A stretch of DNA of 64,000 nt from positions 480,001 to 544,000 of the forward strand of contig CAXXOA010000002.1 of assembly GCA_963666275.2 (NCBI GenBank). Direction: 5' to 3'. The notes under the pieces are model-generated. The model saw only the letters and a program-made list of their open reading frames with translations. It ran no database searches and was not told where the DNA came from. A program made the translations under genes and the position numbers. Below are positions 18,171-28,479 of the stretch, in pieces (the first letter of the stretch is position 1; each line of letters begins with the position of its first letter). The stretch comes from Oceanispirochaeta sp. (GTDB lineage Bacteria > Spirochaetota > Spirochaetia > DSM-2461).

Positions 18171-19895
18171 ATGCGCATCAGTCAGCTGTTTTATCAGACT
18201 TTGAAAGAAGTACCCAGGGAAGCTCAGATCCCAAGTCATCAGCTGATGTTCCGTGCCGGAATGATCCAGCAGCTGGCCAGCGGAATCTATAATTATCTTC
18301 CCCTGGCCTATAAAAGTATTCGCAAGCTGGAAACTATAATCAGAGAAGAGCTGGAGAAAAAGGGCTGTCAGGAGGTCCTGCTTCCCTATGTACAGCCTTC
18401 TGAATTATGGGAGGAAAGCGGACGCTGGGGGTACTATGGCCCTGAACTGCTCCGGTTTAAAGATAGAAAAGGCGGAGATTTCTGTCTGGGACCGACCCAT
18501 GAAGAGGTTATCACAGACATGGTCAGAAAAAATCTGAAATCCTACAGGCAGCTTCCCTGGAATATCTTTCAGATTCAGACAAAATTCAGGGATGAAGTGC
18601 GTCCCCGATTCGGTCTGATGAGAGGCCGGGAATTTATTATGAAAGACGGTTACAGTTTTGATGTGGACGAGGAAGCTTCCAAAGTCACCTATCAGAAAAT
18701 GTACGATGCCTATACGGCGATTTTTTCCCGCTGTGGTCTTACATTCCGGGCAGTTGATGCTGCTACCGGTAATATCGGCGGGGATATGAGCCATGAGTTT
18801 CAGGTCCTGGCCCAGTCAGGTGAGGATCTCATTCTCAGCTGCGATACATGCAGCTACGCCGCCAATGTGGAAAAGGCTGTGACAAAGCGTTCCGAAGGAA
18901 CCAGGGACTCGTCCCTGTTTGAAGAGCCTGAAGAAGTACATACTCCCGGATGTAAAACCATCGAGGAGATTTCAGATTTTCTGAAGATGGATGCTTCCCG
19001 GTTTATCAAGAGTATTGTTTATATCATTGATGAGGAACCTGTTCTGATTCTTATCCGGGGGGATCTGGATATCAATGAATCCAAGGTTCAGACCATTATG
19101 GGAGCCAACAGTGTAGAGTTGGCTGATGACGCTACCGTCCTTGAAATTACAGGGGCCGGAACCGGATTTGCCGGGCCGGTGGGGCTGAAAAAGAAAGTGA
19201 AAATTCTGGCAGATTTTTCTGTGACTTCTGGTGAGAATTTTGTTTCCGGCGCCAATAAGGATGATTATCATCTTAAAAATGTGAATTACGGAAAAGATTA
19301 TACTCCTGATATGCTGGGAGATATTACCTTCGCTGCCGCCGGAGAGAGCTGTCCCCATTGCGATGGAAAGCTTGAAGAGCATCGTGGCATTGAGGTTGGA
19401 CAGGTATTCTATCTGGGGACAAAATACTCCAAAACCATGAACTGCTCCTATCTCGATAAAGACGGTAAGGATCAGCTTGCTGTTATGGGCTGCTACGGTA
19501 TCGGTGTCGGCAGGACTGTGGCTGCAGCGATTGAGCAGAATCATGACGATGACGGGATTATCTGGCCGGCGGCTCTGGCTCCTTTTGAAGCAGTGGTCCT
19601 TCCTCTGCAGATGAATAAGGAAGAGGTTGTTCAGGCGGGAGACACCATTTATGAGGAACTGAAAGCCCAAGGTGTTGATACCGCTCTGGATGACAGGGAG
19701 GAAAGAGCCGGATTTAAATTCAAGGATGCCGACCTGATAGGATACCCCCTGCAGATTGTTGTGGGAGCCCGATCTCTGGAAAACGGAGAAGTGGAAGTGA
19801 AAATCCGGAAAACCGGCGAGAAAATGAACCTCTCTCTGGATAAAGTGGCTTCTTTTGTCAAAGAGTATATTGACGGGGAGAAAGCCATTTCCTGA
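18171..19895 (+). CDS. proS: Proline--tRNA ligase (bacterial type with editing insertion)
   Basis: LGPTHEE, KFRDEVRPRFGLMRGREF, GIEVGQVF, MGCYGIGVGR. Confidence 0.97.
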   Translation: MRISQLFYQTLKEVPREAQIPSHQLMFRAGMIQQLASGIYNYLPLAYKSIRKLETIIREELEKKGCQEVLLPYVQPSELWEESGRWGYYGPELLRFKDRKGGDFCLGPTHEEVITDMVRKNLKSYRQLPWNIFQIQTKFRDEVRPRFGLMRGREFIMKDGYSFDVDEEASKVTYQKMYDAYTAIFSRCGLTFRAVDAATGNIGGDMSHEFQVLAQSGEDLILSCDTCSYAANVEKAVTKRSEGTRDSSLFEEPEEVHTPGCKTIEEISDFLKMDASRFIKSIVYIIDEEPVLILIRGDLDINESKVQTIMGANSVELADDATVLEITGAGTGFAGPVGLKKKVKILADFSVTSGENFVSGANKDDYHLKNVNYGKDYTPDMLGDITFAAAGESCPHCDGKLEEHRGIEVGQVFYLGTKYSKTMNCSYLDKDGKDQLAVMGCYGIGVGRTVAAAIEQNHDDDGIIWPAALAPFEAVVLPLQMNKEEVVQAGDTIYEELKAQGVDTALDDREERAGFKFKDADLIGYPLQIVVGARSLENGEVEVKIRKTGEKMNLSLDKVASFVKEYIDGEKAIS

Positions 19896-19925
19896 ATGAC
19901 AGGATCGCAACGGACAAAATAGACG

Positions 19926-19966
19926 AAGGGTGGTAGAACGAAAGGTTCTTCTGCCCTTTTTTTTTT
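19926..19966 (+). terminator. Intrinsic terminator of proS
   Basis: AAGGGTGGTAGAAC-GAAAG-GTTCTTCTGCCC followed by T10. Confidence 0.75.
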
Positions 19967-19992
19967 ACTCATCAGGATATATATTGTTAAGC

Positions 19993-20649
19993 ATGAAAGG
20001 ATACTGTTTATTTTTTACACTCCTGTTTCTGCTGGGGACCTCTACCGCTCTTTTCAGCCTTGAACTCGAGTATCAGGGTATTGATGGTGAAGTGGGCTTC
20101 CTGTGGAAGCATAATGAGGGATATGACAGTCAGAAGGGTGATAGCGGACCGGATCTTTTCACTTTTTTTCCCGGAGTCTCAGTGTTCTTTACCCTGGACG
20201 AACACTGGTTTTTCAAACCTGGAGTCTTTATGTACACCGAGACTCTGCAGTATCTTCCCGACAGGGATTATACCATTCCTGTTGATCAGGCGAATATAGA
20301 CTCCATGTCGGTTCTTGCCATGACGATTCAGCCTGCAGCCGGGTATCGGTGGACAGTTAAGGAAAGGCATACTTTCGGTGTCCAGACCGGTCTGGGGTTC
20401 AATTTTCAAATTCCCCTCTGGGGGCCGGGCAGTGATGACAGGGGTAAGATGTTTTCCTCTCTTATGAGAGAGTGGTTTTATATAAACCCCGGATTCTGGT
20501 ATTACAATCCCCTCACAGAACGCTTTGCCTTCACTTTCCGTACAGAAGTGGGGCTTCCTGTCTATAACACTTTTATAGACCGAAATCTTCCTTTTTCCGA
20601 CGGCCTGACTGTTCTGGGTATGGTAGGTATCCGGGTTATTGTGCAATAA
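19993..20649 (+). CDS. Hypothetical exported protein, probable outer-membrane beta-barrel
   Basis: Signal peptide from ATG 19993; alternating aromatic/Gly strands. Confidence 0.65.
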   Translation: MKGYCLFFTLLFLLGTSTALFSLELEYQGIDGEVGFLWKHNEGYDSQKGDSGPDLFTFFPGVSVFFTLDEHWFFKPGVFMYTETLQYLPDRDYTIPVDQANIDSMSVLAMTIQPAAGYRWTVKERHTFGVQTGLGFNFQIPLWGPGSDDRGKMFSSLMREWFYINPGFWYYNPLTERFAFTFRTEVGLPVYNTFIDRNLPFSDGLTVLGMVGIRVIVQ

Positions 20650-20664
20650 CCCGGCAAGGATCTA

Positions 20665-21918
20665 TCAGATATACTCTTTCGTGTCCCTGTGAAACCGGCA
20701 ATCATCCTCTCTACTCATGATAAGTGATAGAAAGGCCGCATTGGCCGTATCCAGAACACCTGCAAACAGAACCAGAACCGGCAGTACCGGAAGTATCAGA
20801 ATATACCCCTCTGTAAGCCCTCTGCCGTAGAAACTGCAGGACAGGATAAGTGCTGTATAAAGGGCTGTATAGGAGTGGGAGAAAAGCAGGAATGAGACAC
20901 ATACGGAGACTCCCATAACCCAGAAAACCTGAAAGGCAGTCAATTCAAGGCTGGAGTAGGATTTCAGTATGGTGAGCAATGCCACATTTGTGACCATGGC
21001 GGTCCCGGCTTTGGCGAAAAGGGTCAGAAAAGGAAGGGATAAGCCGGACATCTTCCGTTTAATTCCGCTGTTCTCCTTAAGGGTTCTCAGCAGGATCTGG
21101 GCGTTTATGAAATTGTCCCCTGTAAAAAGAGAACTGATCAGGGGTGCCGTAAAAGCCCGCATCTCAGAAAAGGGCCTTTTCCCTGTCAGAAGGAAGTAGA
21201 CGAGAGGATAGACTACAAAAAGAAGAAAGGCTGTGGATATCCCGATTATACGGAATAATCCTGTATAGGAGCTGAAGTCCTCTATTCCTGTCAGATGGGC
21301 CGTGGCAATGGCAGATACCGGAATGATCAGGATGAAAAAAGCATTTGTGAAAAAGGCATTCATTTTATAAAAGAGACGCCCGAAAGAGTCAAAAAGGTTG
21401 TAGACAGGTTCTGCTTCTTCTTTGTCCTTGAAAAGCTGTGTTCCCAGAAAGAAGGCAAAAATCAGGGCCGGAAGGATAAAGTCTCCGGAATTCTGAAATA
21501 TTTCAAAGAGGTTCACAGGAAGAATGGATCTGAGGATCTCACTGGTTCCCATGTTGTTCAGGCCATTCTGGTAGGGGAAAGGCGACATCCAGCCGTTTGT
21601 TTCGGTGATTATGGGAATACGGCTCATGGGCATAAGCATAGACAGTCCCGTGCTGACTATGACCTGGATAAGGGCTGCCGAGAGGGCCAGAATGATCAGT
21701 TTCAAAGAGCTTTTAATCAGCAGTCTTTCCCGTCTCAGCTGGCAGACTGAAATTGAGAGTGTGAAAAAAAGCAGAGGGAATATGATATACCTACCAAACC
21801 GGAGTCCGAATTCTCCCAGGGAAAAGAGTATATTGTACTGGATTGTACCGGGTTGAGAAATCAATCCCAGTAAAATGCCTGTTATTCCTGCAAGGGTATA
21901 TTTTAACCACAACTTCAT
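20665..21918 (-). CDS. Dicarboxylate/amino acid:cation symporter (DAACS), divergent
   Basis: FGRYIIFPLLFF, ILPVNLFE, LIFAFFLG, many TM segments; SD GGAGG before ATG 21918. Confidence 0.8.
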   Translation of the reverse strand: MKLWLKYTLAGITGILLGLISQPGTIQYNILFSLGEFGLRFGRYIIFPLLFFTLSISVCQLRRERLLIKSSLKLIILALSAALIQVIVSTGLSMLMPMSRIPIITETNGWMSPFPYQNGLNNMGTSEILRSILPVNLFEIFQNSGDFILPALIFAFFLGTQLFKDKEEAEPVYNLFDSFGRLFYKMNAFFTNAFFILIIPVSAIATAHLTGIEDFSSYTGLFRIIGISTAFLLFVVYPLVYFLLTGKRPFSEMRAFTAPLISSLFTGDNFINAQILLRTLKENSGIKRKMSGLSLPFLTLFAKAGTAMVTNVALLTILKSYSSLELTAFQVFWVMGVSVCVSFLLFSHSYTALYTALILSCSFYGRGLTEGYILILPVLPVLVLFAGVLDTANAAFLSLIMSREDDCRFHRDTKEYI

Positions 21919-21945
21919 GAGAGCCTCCAATTCAGGGGTAATGAA

Positions 21946-22608
21946 TTATTTTCTTTTTATTATTGGAAGAGACTGAAATATTCCTTTCTTTTCAGAAAAT
22001 TTCAACCATTCGCCATTTGCCCTGGGATCAGAATTGTCCAGAACATTCAGGATAAAATCACCGAAGTCATCCATCTCGGTAATCTGAGTCAGAAATCCGC
22101 ATTTGTAAATCCCGGGCATCCGGGAAAGAAGGACGGCATCCGCAAACGCATGAAATCCCCCCCGGATCAGATTGCTCACGGGAAAAATGCCTTCAGAATC
22201 TCTATCGGGCTCGGCAAAGGCCAGAGTTCCCTTTTCTTCAGAGACAAAGTAGTCCACAAGCTCTTTTATCAGGTAGAGAGAACCATGGATGAAGGTATTG
22301 ATCGCTTCATCCATACTTTCTATGGATGACTCTGACAGAGAGGAGGGTATCTTGGGTTCGGGATGCACCACCAGGACCGTATCGATCCTTCCGAAAGATC
22401 TGACAGCTTCCCGTATTACAGTTTTGGACGAGATGAGAGATCCCCTGTTCCAGGGAATAACGCGGAGATTCCTGTTACTGGATTCTTTCAGTTTATCCTG
22501 TGAGGTCATTACGGGGGCGATAACCCTGTTCCCCTTGTTGAGGCTCAATTCAATGAGCTTCCTGCCAAGGAGAGTTTCGCTGCCGATAATGAGAACGATT
22601 TTATCCAT
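21946..22608 (-). CDS. SDR-fold (Rossmann) protein, atypical
   Basis: IVLIIGSETLLGR, FGRIDTVL, INTFIHG; YxxxK not seen. Confidence 0.7.
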   Translation of the reverse strand: MDKIVLIIGSETLLGRKLIELSLNKGNRVIAPVMTSQDKLKESSNRNLRVIPWNRGSLISSKTVIREAVRSFGRIDTVLVVHPEPKIPSSLSESSIESMDEAINTFIHGSLYLIKELVDYFVSEEKGTLAFAEPDRDSEGIFPVSNLIRGGFHAFADAVLLSRMPGIYKCGFLTQITEMDDFGDFILNVLDNSDPRANGEWLKFSEKKGIFQSLPIIKRK

Positions 22609-22651
22609 ATGATGCTATAGTAGCCTCTTGGGGCGACCGGGTCAACAAGGA

Positions 22652-25600
22652 TTATCCATTCTCTTTTTCCAGATACGCAAGGATTTTTTTGACCTTATAT
22701 TCCGATTCAGCCAGGGCATTCTGCAGATCTGTCATGAAGACTTCGAATTTTTCAAGGGAATTCTGAAATTCCATATCTGTCCGGGGACCATTGAATTTCA
22801 GAGCCAGGATAATCGAAAACCACCAGACCGCTTCCTCCATCATTTCCTTGTTGTACCACAGGACATTCCTGTATTCATTGATACCGAACCAGTCGTAAAA
22901 ATCCCTGTCTTTCAGAAGAGATATAAAGAAGGCTCTGAAATCTCCCGCTGTATCTGACTTGAGCCAGTTTCTGTAGATATCGTAGAAATGAACCATATTG
23001 AAAAGCAGAGTGTCATGAAGCTCCGTCATTTTCAGAGCCTGAAACGACGGTATGATGATAGCCTCCATACGGATCCGGTTGCGGATATTGGCCTTGTTTA
23101 TCCTGGGACGGTTCATGTTCCGCATGATCTTTCTGATCCGATTGAGATCACTGGAAAGCATGGTGATCAGATCATCCATCCGGGGGGTATCAATGATCCC
23201 GGTTACCAGAAAATCCCGGATCATATTCATTGCCGGCTCATAGTCGGAGAATTTGATTGCCCTGTCCAGGTCTTTCACGCCCCTGTTGCCCACCCGGAGA
23301 AGGAGTTTTTCAAGAGACTTCTTTTCATCATCTTTCCTCTGGATTACCGGATAGTAGACGCGGGATTCATAGCCTTTCAGAACCAGAGGGAGTTCTGATC
23401 GAATCAGGTCCCGGTTTCTGAAGATATACCAGAGTTTTTCCTTCTGGTTATACATAATGGTATAATCGTCAGGATCCAGTCCCAGGATTTCCTGCATGTT
23501 TAGACTCCGCGTACCCATACGGTCTCCGAACTCGTTATTGATTGCTTTCGGAACACTCTGCCATATGGTTCCTTCTGTTTTGCGGAAGGAATTATTATAG
23601 AAAACCAGAGCGGTGCCCCTGTAACTTGTATTGATAAAGGCATACACATCTTCATTGACTTCGCTGTTTTCCATAAAGTCAAAAAGATGAAATCCCTTTG
23701 CTCCGGCAAAGACGGAACGTTTTTTCATGAGGGGAACAATTTCCCTGTAATGCCTTTTTACAAGCTCCTTGTCGGGAGATTCGTTCCAGTAGGCTTTTTT
23801 ATACTCCATACCGTATTTTTCTTCAAAGCCCTCAAACTGTCCGTGACCTATCATGGGGAGCCCCGGGAGTGTCATCATCAGGGTACAGACCCCGAAATAC
23901 TTCTCTTCTTTTCCGAACTGGGCAACCGCCGTATCTTCATCAGGGTTGTTCATGAAATTGACGAACCTTTTCAGGATTTTAGGATCATAATCCAGAGTCT
24001 CTTTCATGATTTTCCGGAATTCCCTGTTATCCTCTTTTTTCAAAAGATTCATAAAGGCGGAATTGTAAACCCTATGCATGCCCAGGTTTCGGACAAAGTA
24101 TCCCTCCATCATCCAGAATGCTTCTGCCAGAAGGAGTGTATCGGGCATTTCCACGGCAATCCTGTCGACCACTTCTCTCCAGAATTCCACGGGGATCTTA
24201 TCCATAATATCCTGTTTATTCATACTGAATTCCGAGCGGGAGGGTATCGCTCCGCCATGACCCGGTTCGGGGAACCAGAGTCTCTGGATATGCTTCCTGG
24301 CCAGTGTCATGGCCGCATCAAAACGGATGATGGGAAAGTGCCGGGCCACGTGGAGGATCTGCTGAAAAACCTCCTCCCTGATATGGGGTTCCAGAAAATT
24401 GATCTGGGCCGTATCGTTCCAGGGCATGGTTGTCCCATCGTTTCCATGGTAGACATAGCTGATTTCTCCGCTCCGGTTATCCACTCTCTTGAAAACCACA
24501 GCCGCATCGGAACGGTTGTAATATCCGTCTTCAATATAGAGGCTTATCCTGTCATCCTGAGAGAGATTGGGGCCGTTGAATGTGTATCCCGGATAGGGGA
24601 TATCGGGACGGCTGAGAAAATAGTCGGGATGCTCAGTGACCCAGTCGGAATCAAGGCCTGTGTGATTGGGAACCATATCGCTGGCCAGCCGGATCCCTTT
24701 GGTGAAACAACGGGATTTCAGGTTTTCCAGTGCCTCCCAGCCTCCCAGGACTCCTGATATATCATAGCGGTTCAGGGAATAGGCTGATGCCTCTGCTTCG
24801 GGGTTTCCGCAAATCCTTTTGATGGTTTTGGAGGCAGGGCTCCTTTCCCAGAGACCAATCAGCCAGAGACCTGTGATACCCCTTTCTGCCAGTTCATCCA
24901 GTTCTTCATCGGGAATACTGTCCAGAGTTTCTATGGGTGTTCCGTATTTTTTCGAAAGCTGATCCAGCCAGACATAGGCATTTTTAGCAAGGAGGATAAG
25001 ATTGGGCATCCAGTCCGAGTCCTGGCTGAATTTGGCTGAATCCTCTTCCAGGCTTGCGAAATCTATCCCTTCCACCGGACCGGGACCTCCACCGAAAAAA
25101 CGGGGCATGTTCTCTTCTGTATGGAAATCCACAGCCTGCAGAAGAAACTCTGTATCCAGCTCCAGAAAGGCATTCCATGTATTCATTATAAAAAGGATCT
25201 GATCCTTTAAAGATCCGGGAAACCTCCTGGAAGGCTCCAGCAGTTTTTCCACAAGATCGAATTTTTCATATTCCCTTGCTCCCGTCAGGTTGATATGGCT
25301 GTTCAGATTGTGAAGGATTGTTTTTCTCAGGGGAAGTGAGAGTCCCTCATCGGGAAAAAGGGTTTTCAGGGTTCTGCAGGCGGGATTCTGATTGGTCAGA
25401 TAGAGGAGTGCCCCGTCGATGACGCGGGTGTCCAGTTTCTGAATTTCTCTGAGCTTTCCGGCGGAAACCTGTTCCGTTTCCTTCAGAATCCTGTCCGGAA
25501 ATTCTTTTACAAGGGAACGGAGGTAGGTATCCCACTCCTCCTGCTGGCCCGATTCGGTTATGCCGGAGATGGAGTAATCCCGACCGGAGGTTTTACCGAT

Positions 25601-25840
25601 GTGGGCAAAATACTGCTGAATGAGCCTTCTGTAGAGCATGTTGAGAACAGAAAGCAGATAGATATCACAGGCTTTTATGGTTTCCGGAGGATTCAGGGAA
25701 CTGTTTGATCTGGAGGAAAGCTCTCTGGTCTGAGAGATACTTTCCAGCAGAAACCAGCCGTCCTCATTCATCTGGGACGGCTGGATCTGCATTTTCTCGC
25801 GGACGGTTTTTTCCAGGTAGATATAATTCAGTTGTTCCAT
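22652..25840 (-). CDS. Large GH13 alpha-amylase-family protein
   Basis: DMVPNH, IRFDAAM, LLAEAFW, FMNNPDE, LPGLPMI. Confidence 0.9.
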   Translation of the reverse strand: MEQLNYIYLEKTVREKMQIQPSQMNEDGWFLLESISQTRELSSRSNSSLNPPETIKACDIYLLSVLNMLYRRLIQQYFAHIGKTSGRDYSISGITESGQQEEWDTYLRSLVKEFPDRILKETEQVSAGKLREIQKLDTRVIDGALLYLTNQNPACRTLKTLFPDEGLSLPLRKTILHNLNSHINLTGAREYEKFDLVEKLLEPSRRFPGSLKDQILFIMNTWNAFLELDTEFLLQAVDFHTEENMPRFFGGGPGPVEGIDFASLEEDSAKFSQDSDWMPNLILLAKNAYVWLDQLSKKYGTPIETLDSIPDEELDELAERGITGLWLIGLWERSPASKTIKRICGNPEAEASAYSLNRYDISGVLGGWEALENLKSRCFTKGIRLASDMVPNHTGLDSDWVTEHPDYFLSRPDIPYPGYTFNGPNLSQDDRISLYIEDGYYNRSDAAVVFKRVDNRSGEISYVYHGNDGTTMPWNDTAQINFLEPHIREEVFQQILHVARHFPIIRFDAAMTLARKHIQRLWFPEPGHGGAIPSRSEFSMNKQDIMDKIPVEFWREVVDRIAVEMPDTLLLAEAFWMMEGYFVRNLGMHRVYNSAFMNLLKKEDNREFRKIMKETLDYDPKILKRFVNFMNNPDEDTAVAQFGKEEKYFGVCTLMMTLPGLPMIGHGQFEGFEEKYGMEYKKAYWNESPDKELVKRHYREIVPLMKKRSVFAGAKGFHLFDFMENSEVNEDVYAFINTSYRGTALVFYNNSFRKTEGTIWQSVPKAINNEFGDRMGTRSLNMQEILGLDPDDYTIMYNQKEKLWYIFRNRDLIRSELPLVLKGYESRVYYPVIQRKDDEKKSLEKLLLRVGNRGVKDLDRAIKFSDYEPAMNMIRDFLVTGIIDTPRMDDLITMLSSDLNRIRKIMRNMNRPRINKANIRNRIRMEAIIIPSFQALKMTELHDTLLFNMVHFYDIYRNWLKSDTAGDFRAFFISLLKDRDFYDWFGINEYRNVLWYNKEMMEEAVWWFSIILALKFNGPRTDMEFQNSLEKFEVFMTDLQNALAESEYKVKKILAYLEKENG

Positions 25841-25880
25841 AGTGGCCCTCCGGAGAATTGTTACAGTTATCAGTTTTTCA

Positions 25881-27131
25881 TTATAGCTTGGAAAAATCTA
25901 ATGTTGCAAAGTAATCTTCTATCGTTTCTCTCCGTCGTATTTCTGTGACGCTGCCGTCTTCATGAAGAAGAAGTTCCGCATGTCTGAGTTTCCCGTTGTA
26001 GTTAAAACCCATAGCATAACCATGGGCTCCCGTATCATGGATGACAATAAAATCATCCCCCTCTATTCTGGGGAGGGGACGGTCAATGGCAAATTTATCA
26101 TTGTTCTCGCACAAGGATCCTGATACGTCATAGATGTGATCCACCGGCGCATTCTCCTTGCCGGGAATGGTTATATGATGATAGGCTCCGTACATTCCCG
26201 GACGCATCAGATCCGCCATACAGGCATCCACACCGATATAATGCTTATAGGTATCTTTTTTATGGATCGCTTTGGTGACAAGATAGCCGTAGGGGCCGGT
26301 TACCATCCGTCCGCACTCCATATAAATCTTCAGGTTCTGATTTTCAGGAGACCCTATGGTCTTTTCATAGTACTCCTTAATGCCTCTGGATACATATTCC
26401 AGATCGACAGGACTTTCCTCCACTCTGTAGGGAATTCCGATTCCTCCGCCCAGATTGATAAATTCAAATTCGATCCCCAGGTCTTCCTGAAGCTCTTTAA
26501 CCAGATCCAGCAGCATCCGGCCGGTTTCGATAAAGTAGTCGGGATTCAGTTCGTTTGAAGCAACCATTGTATGAAGTCCGAATCGTTTCACTCCGTACTC
26601 CATGGCTTTTCTGTAACCCTCTTTCAGCTGTTCTCTTGTGAAACCGTACTTGGCTTCTTCAGGAGAACCGATAATGGTGTTTCCTTTTTTAAGAGGCCCC
26701 GGGTTGTAGCGGAAGCAGAGAAGCTCGGGGAGCCCCGGTCCGCTGTGAAGAAAATCCACATGGGTAATGTCATCAAGATTAATGACTGCACCCAGCTCAA
26801 GGGCTTTTGCATACTCTTCCATGGGAGTGTCATTGGAGGTAAACATGATCTCTTCTCCCTTCATTCCCGCTTTTTCCGCCAGCAGAAGCTCTGGAAGAGA
26901 AGAGCAGTCGGCCCCCATTCCCAGAGAGTGCAGCATTTTCATTATATAGGGATTGGGAAGTGCTTTTACGGCAAAATAGTTCCGGAATCCGCCGGGAGCC
27001 CAGTCAAAGGCTTTCAGAAAGTAGGCGGCATTCTCTTTTATTGCTTTCTCATCATAAATATGGAAAGGAGTGGGATGTCCTTTCTCTATGGTTTTCAGTT
27101 CATCCCTGGTAAAGGGTATTGTTCTGTTCAT
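25881..27131 (-). CDS. lysA: Diaminopimelate decarboxylase
   Basis: FAVKALPN (PLP Lys), NLGGG, MECGR, GSLCENND, GAHG..MGFNYN. Confidence 0.95.
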   Translation of the reverse strand: MNRTIPFTRDELKTIEKGHPTPFHIYDEKAIKENAAYFLKAFDWAPGGFRNYFAVKALPNPYIMKMLHSLGMGADCSSLPELLLAEKAGMKGEEIMFTSNDTPMEEYAKALELGAVINLDDITHVDFLHSGPGLPELLCFRYNPGPLKKGNTIIGSPEEAKYGFTREQLKEGYRKAMEYGVKRFGLHTMVASNELNPDYFIETGRMLLDLVKELQEDLGIEFEFINLGGGIGIPYRVEESPVDLEYVSRGIKEYYEKTIGSPENQNLKIYMECGRMVTGPYGYLVTKAIHKKDTYKHYIGVDACMADLMRPGMYGAYHHITIPGKENAPVDHIYDVSGSLCENNDKFAIDRPLPRIEGDDFIVIHDTGAHGYAMGFNYNGKLRHAELLLHEDGSVTEIRRRETIEDYFATLDFSKL

Positions 27132-27147
27132 ATACTATCTCCTGCAG

Positions 27148-27336
27148 TTAATTTTCTTTTTTCAATAGATTCCTGCACCAATCCCGAAAGACCGGCTCGG
27201 AAACCCTCTTCAGATGGTCATAGTCTTTTTCTTCGAGGTTTTCCAGTGTACTCCGGACGAGTTTCAATACATCTTCTTCATAACCGCACTCACGCGCTCG
27301 TAAATGGATATAATCGATACTTTCCTGCTTTGTCAT
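27148..27336 (-). CDS. Small hypothetical protein (62 aa)
   Basis: Fills the gap directly upstream of lysA on the same strand; helical, charged composition. Confidence 0.55.
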   Translation of the reverse strand: MTKQESIDYIHLRARECGYEEDVLKLVRSTLENLEEKDYDHLKRVSEPVFRDWCRNLLKKEN

Positions 27337-27498
27337 TTCTTAACTCTTGGTGATAAGATTTTAAGTATTCTAGGATAAAACAGGGACCTTTGGGAATAGA
27401 GGAATTCCCTCATCAGGAAGTCTCTTTCCCTATTCTTTCACTGTCTGTTCGGTTACAATACTCCCATTAACCTATATTTGAACCATAAAGGAATACGT

Positions 27499-28479
27499 AT
27501 GATCAGAAGGTTCCTCCTATTTATACCTATCCTGCTCCTGCCCCTTCTGGCGGGCTGTACCAGAGCTCTTTATCCTGTATTTATTGACGGACAGGTCGGA
27601 TATATAGACAGAAAAGGGAATCCCGTAGTCGAGCCTGTTTATGAAAAAGGCGACTCATTTTCCGAGGGACTTGCCATTGTTTCAAGTCAGGGAAAGCTGG
27701 GATTTATAAACCACAAAGGGGAGCTTGTCATTGATCATCAGTTTGATCAGGCGGCTCCGTTTCATGAAGGTTTCGCTCTTGTCGTTGTTGACGGCAGGGT
27801 GGGTTACATCAATAAGAAGGGAGAGTTTCTCATTGAACCCACATTTGTAAGAGGGGGGAATTTCTCCGGAAAAAGAGCATCAGTTCATACCGATGAGGGG
27901 GTCACCTACCTCATAGATAATAAGGGAGAAACCATCCGGGAGGTCTCTTTCGAATATCTGGGAGAATTCCGGGAGGGGCTGGCCCTTTTTATCCGCCAGG
28001 GATTCTGCGGATTTATCGATGAGAACGGTATTGCTGTCATTGAACCCCAGTACGAATACGCGGGACCCTTTTCCGATGGATTGGCTTTGATCGTGCAGAA
28101 TGGAAAAGGCGGATACATAAACAAAAGCGGTGAGATCGTTATAGAGCCTGCCTACTCCTTTTCAGGGGATTTCTCCAATGGAAGGGCCCTTTTTGTAGAA
28201 GATGAAAAGGCCGGATATATCGATAAAACCGGAAAAACAGTTATATCGCCCCGGTATGCCTTTGCGGGTAATTTCTCTGAAAAGCTTGCGAAGGTTCAGA
28301 TCGGTGATCAGATGGGATTTATAAACACTTCCGGCGAAGTTGTTATTGAACCTGCCTATGATTATGGAGAGGATTTTCAGAACGGACTGGCCATGATGGT
28401 TAAAGGGGATTCCCTCGTCTATATTGATAAAAAGGGACGTGTTGTCTGGTCTGGAGTTCAGCCGGTACAGGAGGATTAA
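27499..28479 (+). CDS. WG-repeat lipoprotein
   Basis: Lipobox LLAGC; about 8 repeats of G(Y/F)I(D/N)xxGxxVIxPxYxxAxxFSEGLA; SD AAGGA. Confidence 0.9.
   Translation: MIRRFLLFIPILLLPLLAGCTRALYPVFIDGQVGYIDRKGNPVVEPVYEKGDSFSEGLAIVSSQGKLGFINHKGELVIDHQFDQAAPFHEGFALVVVDGRVGYINKKGEFLIEPTFVRGGNFSGKRASVHTDEGVTYLIDNKGETIREVSFEYLGEFREGLALFIRQGFCGFIDENGIAVIEPQYEYAGPFSDGLALIVQNGKGGYINKSGEIVIEPAYSFSGDFSNGRALFVEDEKAGYIDKTGKTVISPRYAFAGNFSEKLAKVQIGDQMGFINTSGEVVIEPAYDYGEDFQNGLAMMVKGDSLVYIDKKGRVVWSGVQPVQED

Noticed and set aside
27380..27440. Imperfect hairpin / possible lysine riboswitch upstream of lysA
   Set aside because: Too short and lacks L-box consensus motifs.
27560..28440. Periodic sequence as a CRISPR or DNA repeat array
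   Set aside because: The periodicity is protein-level WG repeats within a CDS; there are no identical direct repeats with spacers.
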